DNA of 64,000 bases, taken from contig JBOEGF010000010.1 in NCBI GenBank assembly GCA_050633305.1, positions 608,001 to 672,000 of the forward strand. The letters run 5' to 3'. This document shows, piece after piece, positions 49,209-57,664 of this stretch. Position 1 is the first letter of the stretch. Each line of letters begins with the position of its first letter. The DNA comes from Nannocystales bacterium. GTDB lineage: Bacteria > Myxococcota_A > Polyangia > Nannocystales > Nannocystaceae. Made by a program: the position numbers and the translations under genes. The notes under the pieces were generated by a model that saw only the letters and a list, made by a program, of their open reading frames with translations, was not told the DNA's origin and searched no databases.

Positions 49209-51035
49209 CTACGTGTCGGTCGAGGACTCGGGCTCTTCGTCCTCGAAGCCCATCGTGTAGAGTTCGGCGTACTGGCCACCCTTGGCCATCAGCTCGTCGT
49301 GCGAGCCCATCTCCGCGATCTGGCCCTTGCTGAGCACGACGATCTTGTCGGCCCGCCGTACGGTGCTGAGGCGGTGCGCGATGACGATCACGCTACGGCC
49401 ATCGAGGAGCTTCTCGATCGCCTCCTGCACCTTTTGCTCGGTGATGGAGTCGACGCTCGCGGTGGCCTCGTCGAGGATCAACAGCGTGGGCTCGCGGGCC
49501 GCAACCCGAGCAAACGCGAGGAGCTGCGTTTCGCCCTGGGACAGGTTCCCGCCGCGTTCTCCCACCGCGAAGTCGAGGCCGCCCCGCTCGTCGATCAGCT
49601 TGCGGGCTTGGACAAGCTCGAGCGCGTCCATCATGCGCTGGGGGTCGCAGGAGATCTCGTTTTCACCCAGGCAGATGTTGTAGGCGACCGAGTCCTGGAA
49701 CAGGAACACGTCCTGCTGAACCATCAGCAGATGCTTGCGGACGTGGCCGGGCTTGACGCTACGTAGCTCGACGTCGCCGCCGGGGGTCTGCATGCTGACG
49801 CTGCCGCGGTAGCCGGTATAGAACTGGGTGAGGACGCGCCCCAGGCTGCTCTTGCCGGATCCGGTTCGGCCGACCACGGCGACGACCTCACCTGGTTCGA
49901 CGTCGAACGACAGCCCCTTGAGAACGTCCGGCCCATCCTCGCCATACGCGAACTGGAGGTCGCGGATCTTCAACCCGCCTTTCCAGGTGTCGAGGGGGTT
50001 GGTCTCGTCGGGTTGCACCGCGGGCTCGGTGGTCTCGTCGAGCAAGCCGTAGATGCGCTCGAGGGACGCGGCGGCGCGTTGGATGGTGGCGAGCTTGCCC
50101 GAGAACTCTTTGACCGGGATGAAGATGCGTTGCAGGTAGTCGACGAACGCAAACAGCAGGCCCAGGGTGACCGCACCGCCCTCGGTCAAGACGCTGGGCG
50201 CGGCGAAGTAGATCAGCAACGCCACCGAGAAGGCGGAGATACCGTCCATCACCGCGTAGAGCATCGCGTCGAAGACGTTGGCGGTCTTGGTGGCCTTGAG
50301 GTAGCGCCCCCCGAGCCGCTGATACTCGTCGTGTGCAGCTTTCTCGCGCCCGAACAGCTGCACGACGGTGATGCCCGAGAGTTGCTCCGCCAAGAACCCC
50401 GTCTGCGATGCCTGCGCCTTTCGAACCTCGAGCTGGAGCTTTCGTAGCGCAGCGCCGACGTAGCGCACGAGGACGAAGAGAATGGGCGCGACCACCAGCG
50501 TGATGAGCGTGAGCCAGGGGCTCAGCCACAACATCGCCGAGAGAATCGACAAGATCATCACGATGTCGGTGAGGATCATGAAGACCCCGAACGACAGCGT
50601 TTCGCTGAGAGCCTCGACGTCGGCTGTCGTGCGCGTGAGCAGGCTGCCCAGCGCGTTCTTGTCGAAGAACCGGTTGGGCAGGTGAATGACGTGGTCGAAC
50701 ACCTTGCGGCGAACGTCGGAGATCGTCATGTGGCCCGCGCGTTGGAGCGAGTACACCTGGACCGCCTGGCACAGGAACTCGGCCATGACCGCGACCATGA
50801 AACCCAGGCTCAGGATCCGTAGGCTGGCGGTGTCGCCTTGCGGGATGAGCTCGTCGACCGCGTGCTTGACCAGAAGGGGACGCAGGGTCGACATCGCGGC
50901 CACGAGCGGGATCATCGACAGGCCCATCGCGAGCCATCGCTTGTGCGTGGCGGCGAATGGCCAGAAGCGGCGCAGCAAAGCTGCGGTCGTGGCCGTGGAG
51001 GGCGGCGGAGCTTGGGTTTGGGATGATCCGCTCAC
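49209..51035 (-). CDS. ABC exporter TMD-NBD subunit (MdlB-like)
   Basis: GRTGSGKS, LSQGETQ (degenerate signature), ILDEATAS, IAHRLST. Confidence 0.93.
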   Translation of the reverse strand: MSGSSQTQAPPPSTATTAALLRRFWPFAATHKRWLAMGLSMIPLVAAMSTLRPLLVKHAVDELIPQGDTASLRILSLGFMVAVMAEFLCQAVQVYSLQRAGHMTISDVRRKVFDHVIHLPNRFFDKNALGSLLTRTTADVEALSETLSFGVFMILTDIVMILSILSAMLWLSPWLTLITLVVAPILFVLVRYVGAALRKLQLEVRKAQASQTGFLAEQLSGITVVQLFGREKAAHDEYQRLGGRYLKATKTANVFDAMLYAVMDGISAFSVALLIYFAAPSVLTEGGAVTLGLLFAFVDYLQRIFIPVKEFSGKLATIQRAAASLERIYGLLDETTEPAVQPDETNPLDTWKGGLKIRDLQFAYGEDGPDVLKGLSFDVEPGEVVAVVGRTGSGKSSLGRVLTQFYTGYRGSVSMQTPGGDVELRSVKPGHVRKHLLMVQQDVFLFQDSVAYNICLGENEISCDPQRMMDALELVQARKLIDERGGLDFAVGERGGNLSQGETQLLAFARVAAREPTLLILDEATASVDSITEQKVQEAIEKLLDGRSVIVIAHRLSTVRRADKIVVLSKGQIAEMGSHDELMAKGGQYAELYTMGFEDEEPESSTDT

Positions 51036-52840
51036 GCGCCTTCTCCACCCTGGTGTTCGTGGGTTTCGGCGTACTCGCCCCCCTTGGCGATGAGCTGCTC
51101 GTGGGTGCCCCGTTCGACGATCCGGCCGCCCTCCAACACCACGATTTCGTCGGCGTGTTCGAGCACGCTGGTGCGATGCGAAACGATGACCGTGGTGGGA
51201 GCCATCGAACCGAGGACTCCGCCGCGAAGGTTTCGAATCGCGTCGACCATGCGGGCCTCGGTGCCCTGGTCGACCGCACTGAGCACATCGTCGAGCAGGA
51301 GCAGCGGGCGGCTGCGGTACAGCGCCCGGGCCAGGGCGACGCGCTGTCGCTGACCTCCGGAGAGCATCACGCCGCGTTCGCCCACGATGGTGTCGAGCCC
51401 CTTGGGGAGCTGGTGTACGTCATCCCACAGGCATGCCGCGGTGAGGACCTCATCGAGCCGGGTGTCCTCGCCAACGTCGGTGCCGTCGCTGCCTGGAGGG
51501 GCTGGCTCGCGCGCGGCACGGTAGGGGTTGGTGCCTTCGAGGCGGACGTTCTCCCGGACCGTGGTGGAGAACAAGAACGGCGCTTGAGGCACCACGGCCA
51601 TCGCTTCTCGGAAGTCCGCCAGCGGTACGTCGCGAGCGTCGATGCCGTCCAGCGTGACGGCCCCCGCGGGCGGCGTGTGGACCCTGGTGAGGACGTCGAC
51701 CAGCGTGGTCTTGCCACTGCCTGTCTTGCCGAAGATCCCGAGCGTTTGGCCCGGCTCGACCGTGAGGTCGATGCCCTGCAGCGCGGGCTCGTCCCCGTCG
51801 GGATAGGTGAACGCCAGATCGCTCACCTCGAGCCGAGGGGGCGCGCTCAGTTGCAGCGCGGTGAGCTCGTCTGGGAGGTTGGGCGGCGTCTCGAGCAGGT
51901 CGTCGATGCGCCCCAGCGAGACGAGCCCACGAGAGATCGCCGCGAGAACCCAGGCCAGCGCGATGAGGATGCCCACCAGGGACATCAGCAGGGCGGTGAA
52001 GGTGGCGAGGTGCCCCACGGGCATGCCGTCCTCCACGACGCGGGTGCTGCCGACCCAGAGCACGATGCCGGTGCCCACCAATCCCGAGAAGCCAAGCGCG
52101 GGCATGGAGAAGGCTCGGACCTTGGCGAGTCGCAACTGCAGCGCGAGGTACTCTCGGTTGCGGGCGTCGAAACGCTCGAACGCGGCGGCCTCTGCCGCGT
52201 GGGAGCGGACGGTGCCGATGCCCGAGTAGATCTCGAGGATGCGATCGCTGAGCCCCGCGAGTAGCTGCATGCTGTCACGCACCATCGCGAAGAAGCGCTT
52301 GACCGCGAGCCGCATGTAGAGGGCACCAAACACCACCGGGACAAGGCACCACAGCGTCAGCTGCCAGTCGGTGACGGCCATCTGATACAGGTGCATCGGG
52401 ATCGCCACGGCGACGTTGCAGACCTGCAGCCCTGCGAACCCCACGAGCAGGCGCACCGACGTGGTGTCGTTGCTGGAGATGCTGACCAGCTCCCCAACCT
52501 TTCGCTGCATGTAGAATGGCCGCTGCAGCGAGAGCAGGTGTCCGAAGACATCCACGCCCACCCGGTACTCCACGTCGCGCCCCGGGTTGAAAAAGAGGAT
52601 GCGCGAGAGGCTGCGGACCGCGATCACGACGGCGGCCAGGACCATGAGCTCGACGCCGAGCTCGCGGGTGTTGGCCAGAGCCTGTGAGCCTTGCTGTTCG
52701 AGGATCGTCAGCGCTTCGCCGACGATCGCCGGGATGCGGACGACCACCCAGTTGGTGGCGAACAGCATGACCGCCCCGAGCGCGTATTGCGGGACGTTTC
52801 GCGCAACGTAGCGCGAGGCGAAGCGACGGGCGGTGCTCAC
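51032..52840 (-). CDS. ABC exporter TMD-NBD subunit (MdlA-like)
   Basis: GKTGSGKT, LSGGQRQR, LLDD (degenerate Walker B), VSHR. Confidence 0.93.
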   Translation of the reverse strand: MSTARRFASRYVARNVPQYALGAVMLFATNWVVVRIPAIVGEALTILEQQGSQALANTRELGVELMVLAAVVIAVRSLSRILFFNPGRDVEYRVGVDVFGHLLSLQRPFYMQRKVGELVSISSNDTTSVRLLVGFAGLQVCNVAVAIPMHLYQMAVTDWQLTLWCLVPVVFGALYMRLAVKRFFAMVRDSMQLLAGLSDRILEIYSGIGTVRSHAAEAAAFERFDARNREYLALQLRLAKVRAFSMPALGFSGLVGTGIVLWVGSTRVVEDGMPVGHLATFTALLMSLVGILIALAWVLAAISRGLVSLGRIDDLLETPPNLPDELTALQLSAPPRLEVSDLAFTYPDGDEPALQGIDLTVEPGQTLGIFGKTGSGKTTLVDVLTRVHTPPAGAVTLDGIDARDVPLADFREAMAVVPQAPFLFSTTVRENVRLEGTNPYRAAREPAPPGSDGTDVGEDTRLDEVLTAACLWDDVHQLPKGLDTIVGERGVMLSGGQRQRVALARALYRSRPLLLLDDVLSAVDQGTEARMVDAIRNLRGGVLGSMAPTTVIVSHRTSVLEHADEIVVLEGGRIVERGTHEQLIAKGGEYAETHEHQGGEGA

Positions 52841-52875
52841 GTGAGACCGCTATCTACACCACCCAGGCCGCGGGG

Positions 52876-53538
52876 CTACTTCTTCTTTTTCTTGTCGTCG
52901 CCCTTGGGCGGCTGAGCCTCGATCGACTCATCCTTCTCGATGGCGTCGAGCTGGCCTTCGATGGCCGTCAGGGCCTTGCGGAGCTCCTCGAGGGTGGGCC
53001 CGAACTTCTCGTTGTCGGCGATTTTGCCGCCGAGGTCGCCGTTGAAGTTCTCCCAAGCCGAGATGAACCCGCCCAGCTTCACCTGAACTTCGCCCCCCTT
53101 GGACTCCTTCTCGGTGAGTTCACGGTAGGCCTTCATGAACTCTTTGTTGTCCGCGCTGTAGCCCTCGTTGAACTTGGCGAAGGCCTTGTCGGAGTCCTTG
53201 GCCTTGGCCCACTTCGCCGCGCCTTTTTCGACGCTGTCCAACGCACCGCGGAGGTCCTTGAGCATCTTGCGGTAGCTCTCGAGGCGGCCTTTGACGAAGG
53301 CTTTCTCTTCCTTCTCATACAGCGCCTTGGCCTCGGCCATCTGCTCCTCGGGGGAGACGAACCCGGCCTTCTTGCGGGCTTCAGCGAGCTCTTCGGGGGT
53401 CATCTCTTCCTTCTTGGCCTGCTTCAGCTCGGAAGGCTTCTTGCCCTGGTTGGGCTCCACGATGGGCTCTTTTTCGGAGTCGCATGCGGTGAGCACGAAG
53501 GGGGCGAGCAGGGCGGTAAACAGGGCGAGCGTGCGCAT
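52876..53538 (-). CDS. Hypothetical helical K/E-rich lipoprotein
   Basis: Lipobox LTAC; strongly biased codons suggest high expression. Confidence 0.8.
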   Translation of the reverse strand: MRTLALFTALLAPFVLTACDSEKEPIVEPNQGKKPSELKQAKKEEMTPEELAEARKKAGFVSPEEQMAEAKALYEKEEKAFVKGRLESYRKMLKDLRGALDSVEKGAAKWAKAKDSDKAFAKFNEGYSADNKEFMKAYRELTEKESKGGEVQVKLGGFISAWENFNGDLGGKIADNEKFGPTLEELRKALTAIEGQLDAIEKDESIEAQPPKGDDKKKKK

Positions 53539-53978
53539 GGGTGGCCTCGGCGCGACCGTAGCACGGACGTGCTCACTCGCGGCGAGCTCGGTGGTGTCGT
53601 CACGTCAGCGCGGGGACCCCTCTGGGCTGCAAATGCGTGGGTTGCTTGGGGGCAGCGAAGACCACCTCGGCGCGTCGGCTTGAAGCCCAGCAGCCGGCCT
53701 GCGGAGGAGGTGTCGAGCCGCGCTTCGGATGTCGAGGTTGCTCGGGGCTCCGGGCGGGCCGCGGACCGTTGCTGCTCTTGTGTTGTTGGTCCTTCGCCCC
53801 GCCCGGTACCGGGCTCGCGACGATGTCCCCTTCGACCTGCGTTGGACCGGGCCCGTCTTCTGCCCCAACCGCCGCAGTCGGGTCTCGTGGCTCGGCCTCG
53901 TCCTTGCGCACTCAGCGCGTCGGCCGTTCACCTTTTTTCGGGAACTTCCAATGCCCGACCCGGTGCGTACGGAGGACG

Positions 53979-54557
53979 ATGCTTCGTGCCATGCGAGTCT
54001 CCGCTTCCACGCCGAGTCCGATCGACGGACCGCTGGTGGTGCGGGCGCAGTCTGCCGACCGATCCGCGATGCGGGAGTTGGTGCGGCGCCATCAACGTCA
54101 GGTTGGTGCGCTGCTCGGGCGCATGTTGAGGCCTGCCGGGTTGGGTTCGCTGACCGAAGATCTCGCCCAAGAGGCCTTTCTGCGTGCGTTTCGAGCCCTG
54201 GACCGCTTTGACCCGAATGGGCCCGCCGCGTTCTCGACGTGGTTGCTGCGCATCGCCTCTCGGCTGGCGATCAACGAGCTGGCTCGGAAGCGTCCCGAGC
54301 GTGCGTCGACCGACTCGTTGGGGAGTGCGTCGACGCCCGAGTCCGAACATCGACGAAAGCGGATCGGCGAGGCCATTGAATCTGCAGTTGGCGAGCTTCC
54401 GCCGCCATTCCGAGCCGCTTTTCTGCTTCGCGAGTACCACGGCCTCGACTACGCCGAGATCGCGGAGATGTTGGATCTGGAGCTTGGAACGGTGAAGTCG
54501 AGGTTGTCTCGGGCACGCCGGTTGCTGCGGGTGCAGTTGGAGGAGGTGCGCGAATGA
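53979..54557 (+). CDS. ECF sigma factor
   Basis: GGAGG RBS; EDLAQEAFLRAF, FSTWLLRIA, GLDYAEIAEML..GTVKSRLSRAR. Confidence 0.92.
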   Translation: MLRAMRVSASTPSPIDGPLVVRAQSADRSAMRELVRRHQRQVGALLGRMLRPAGLGSLTEDLAQEAFLRAFRALDRFDPNGPAAFSTWLLRIASRLAINELARKRPERASTDSLGSASTPESEHRRKRIGEAIESAVGELPPPFRAAFLLREYHGLDYAEIAEMLDLELGTVKSRLSRARRLLRVQLEEVRE

Positions 54558-55726
54558 GCGACGAACTCAAGCGGGACGATCTCGACGCATGGGAGGTGGA
54601 GTCGCTGCCGGCGACCTTCGAAGACCGGGTCATGGATGCGCTGGAGGCTCCGGACCCGTCCGAGGCGCAGCCACGCAACCCTGCGGTCGTGTGGGGAGCG
54701 GTGCTGTCGTTCGCGGCGGCAGCGGCCGTGATTGTCGCGCTTTGGCCCCGGCCAGACGCTTTCCGGGACGATGCGATCTCGGTTCGCGCGGGGGCGTCGG
54801 CTCGACTCGATTACGCGCCGGGGTCCCACGAGGCCACGCAGAGCCATGGCACGGCCACGTACCGCGTTCGCCGAGGAACGCCCTTCGTGGTGCACACGCC
54901 AGCGGCCGACGTCACGGTCCGTGGCACCGAATTCACAGTGGAGATGCTGACGATGCAAGACGAACGAAGACGGAAATATCTGGGTCTTGGTGCTCTGGCC
55001 ATGGGTGGCGCCGCAGTGGCGGTCTACGTCGGGAGCGGCGAGGTGACCGTGCACAACGAGCACGGTCGCGTCCGTGTTGGCGCGGGGCAGACGGCGGTGG
55101 CTTCCGAACATCGCGGCCCTCGAACTGAGGCTGCCCCGGTTGCTGCGGCGGCCACGGCGAAGCCCAAGTCCAAGTCCAAGTCCAAGTCCAAGTCCAAGAA
55201 CTCCCGGACGCTCACTCCCACCGAGCGGGCAGGTGTCCGGCGGAGGATCGAGGATGCGATCGCCAAGCGTCAGGGAGGTTCCGACGCAGAGGAGGTCGAA
55301 GACGGGGTGAGTCCGGGGCCGGAGACCGAGAAGGACGAAGCTCTCGGCTCGTTGCAGAAGGACTACATCAAGTCCGTGGTCTCCGAAGATCTGCTCCCGC
55401 TCGTGAGAGAGTGTTTTGAGACGGCGCTCGAGAGTTCGCAAGGGCGCCTCGATGGCTCGGTCACCATCAAGTTTTCGATCGCGGGGGACGCTTCGGTGGG
55501 GGGCATCGTGGACGAGGTCGAACTCGACAACTCGGAGGTGAAGCGTGAGGGTGCTGGGCGGGGCGCCCGAGGGGCCTTCCCCTTGGCGGAAAACCCGGAG
55601 TTCGCGGAGTGCGTGTCCGAGTCGACGGCGTCGCTGTTGTTCGATCCCCCGGAAGGGGGAGGCCGGGTTCAGGTCAGCTACCCGTTCATCTTCGCGGCCG
55701 CAGACGCCGCCGCGGCCGCCGACTGA
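54554..55726 (+). CDS. FecR-like anti-sigma factor with C-terminal AgmX/PglI (TonB-C-like) domain
   Basis: TM, FVVHTPAADVTVRGTEFTVE, then VRECFE..GSVTIKFSI..VSYPFIF; ATGA overlap with the ECF gene. Confidence 0.82.
   Translation: MSDELKRDDLDAWEVESLPATFEDRVMDALEAPDPSEAQPRNPAVVWGAVLSFAAAAAVIVALWPRPDAFRDDAISVRAGASARLDYAPGSHEATQSHGTATYRVRRGTPFVVHTPAADVTVRGTEFTVEMLTMQDERRRKYLGLGALAMGGAAVAVYVGSGEVTVHNEHGRVRVGAGQTAVASEHRGPRTEAAPVAAAATAKPKSKSKSKSKSKNSRTLTPTERAGVRRRIEDAIAKRQGGSDAEEVEDGVSPGPETEKDEALGSLQKDYIKSVVSEDLLPLVRECFETALESSQGRLDGSVTIKFSIAGDASVGGIVDEVELDNSEVKREGAGRGARGAFPLAENPEFAECVSESTASLLFDPPEGGGRVQVSYPFIFAAADAAAAAD
55164..55198 (+). repeat. Hexamer microsatellite (CCAAGT)n encoding KSKSKSKSKSK
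   Basis: Seen directly in the sequence. Confidence 0.9.
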
Positions 55727-55833
55727 GCGTGGTCGAGGTCGTCCGGACCGCTGGGACCGTTTCGCTTGCTTGTGAGGCAGTTCACGCGTAGGAACGTGAC
55801 GTTTTTTGTCAGGTTTGACAGTCTGGATTTGTG

Positions 55834-57504
55834 ATGCGTTCCGGGTTGCTTCTCTTCTCGTCCATGTTCTTGGCCGCCGCCTGTGGCGATGACGGCGGTG
55901 CCATGGAGGCAAGCGGCACGGGTGGGGTCACGGGTGCGTCCGGGAACAGCGATACCGAGTCGTTGATGGAGACGGAGTCGCAATCCGGTTCCGCCACGGA
56001 CAGCGCGACCTCGGGCGTCGACACCAGCGGTGGCGTCATGCCGGTCGACGAGCCTGCTCGTGGAATCTCGATCTCGCGGGTGGAGGCCAACTCGGGCGTT
56101 GCCATTCCCATCGCTATCGATGGGGCCTGGGCCGATGGCTCTCAGCGCAACGCACAGATCCCCAAGAACCGGAACACGGCCTTTCGTGTCTACCTGGACG
56201 TCGACGACGACGTATGGGTCCAGCGTGAGATCGAAGCTCGCATGACGCTGTTCCAGGCGGACGGTACCGAGAAGGAGTACGTCGAGCGGGGCCTCATCGC
56301 GCAGGACAGCTCAACCTCATCGTTCCAGTCCAACATCGTCATCGGTGTTCTGGCCGAGGACATGGTGCCCAACGCCCAGTTCAACGTGGAATTGTACGAG
56401 GTCGGCGGCGGCTACGAAGGGTTGCCCGAGGTTTCTGAGGCTCCCAAGGCGATGCCCGAGCCGAACTACATCGGCATTGAGAGCACGTACCAGAACATGC
56501 GCATCATGATCGTGCCGATCGAGTACGACTTTGGTGGTTGCCAGACGCAGTTCGATACGTCGGAAGAAGCCTTGGCCCCGTACATCGACCACATGTTCCA
56601 GCAGAACGCCCTGGAGAACATCGATGTCGAGATCCACGACTTGTATCGGGTCGACAACCTCGACCTCACCGGCAACGGATTCTTCCAGCTGCTCAACGTC
56701 ATGGCACAGCTGCGGGCCGCCGAAGCGCCCGATCCCAACGTCTACTACTACGGGTTGTTCGACAACTGCGGCGAATGTATCGGTGATGGAAGCGGCTGCA
56801 CCCTGGGCGTTGCCAACGGGATCCCGGGGAACTCCATGGGAGAAGCCGGTGCTCGCGTGGCGATCGGTTCTCAGTACCTCGGCAACGACGAGATCGGCAT
56901 CGAGACGTTCGTCCACGAGATCGGGCACAACCAAGGACGGCGCCACATCTTCTGCTCTGGTGCGAACGCGGCGGGCACCGATCCCTCGTACCCGTATGAC
57001 GATGGGAAGACGTCCGGATGGGGATTTGGTGTGCGTGACTTCCAGTTGCGCAACGGCAACACGCACTTCGACTACATGAGCTACTGCAACCCCACCTGGG
57101 TTTCGGACTGGCAGTGGAAAGAGACCTTCGCCCGCATTCAGACGCTGAGCAGCTGGGAAGGCGCGGACATGCAGGACGCGATGGAGGGCCGCTACGTGCT
57201 GATGGGGTCGGTCAACACCGAAACCGGCGAGGCGAGCTGGTGGACCGACCGTGGCTGGGTCGAGCCTGAAGACGCGGCGCCCAACTACCGGATTCGGTAC
57301 TCGTTCGACGACGCATCGACCGACGAGACGCTGCTCGTCGATTCCGACCCCTGGAGTGAGGGCCCGTGGATCACCGTGCGTGCGCCGCTGCCGAGCGACT
57401 TCGCTGCGGTGACTGGAATCCAGCTCGACACGCCGACGCTGACGGCCAACGCGCCGCGAAATGAGATCCAGGCATTCCACCTGGACTCGTTCCAAGCGCC
57501 CTGA
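55834..57504 (+). CDS. Metzincin-type zinc metallopeptidase lipoprotein (M66/M11-like)
   Basis: Lipobox LAAAC; HEIGHNQGRRH and Met-turn YMSYC. Confidence 0.88.
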   Translation: MRSGLLLFSSMFLAAACGDDGGAMEASGTGGVTGASGNSDTESLMETESQSGSATDSATSGVDTSGGVMPVDEPARGISISRVEANSGVAIPIAIDGAWADGSQRNAQIPKNRNTAFRVYLDVDDDVWVQREIEARMTLFQADGTEKEYVERGLIAQDSSTSSFQSNIVIGVLAEDMVPNAQFNVELYEVGGGYEGLPEVSEAPKAMPEPNYIGIESTYQNMRIMIVPIEYDFGGCQTQFDTSEEALAPYIDHMFQQNALENIDVEIHDLYRVDNLDLTGNGFFQLLNVMAQLRAAEAPDPNVYYYGLFDNCGECIGDGSGCTLGVANGIPGNSMGEAGARVAIGSQYLGNDEIGIETFVHEIGHNQGRRHIFCSGANAAGTDPSYPYDDGKTSGWGFGVRDFQLRNGNTHFDYMSYCNPTWVSDWQWKETFARIQTLSSWEGADMQDAMEGRYVLMGSVNTETGEASWWTDRGWVEPEDAAPNYRIRYSFDDASTDETLLVDSDPWSEGPWITVRAPLPSDFAAVTGIQLDTPTLTANAPRNEIQAFHLDSFQAP

Positions 57505-57517
57505 GCTGGTGCCGGTG

Positions 57518-57543
57518 GGCTTCGCCGGGGCTTCCGGCGAGCC
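57518..57543 (+). terminator. GC-rich hairpin after the peptidase gene
   Basis: ggcttcgccgg-ggctt-ccggcgagcc; no U-tract. Confidence 0.35.
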
Positions 57544-57664
57544 GCGGCCGGCCGGGCCTTGCGGCGCGCAGGGTCGCCGTCCGTGATTGTCTCGATACCG
57601 CGACTCGGAACGAAGTTCCCGGTTGCAAGAGCCCGATCCCGTGGCGTGGTGTACCCTCCGCGCC

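Noticed and set aside
49209..52840. Degenerate ABC motifs (LSQGE, LLDD) as pseudogenisation
   Set aside because: Asymmetric nucleotide-binding sites are normal in heterodimeric ABC exporters
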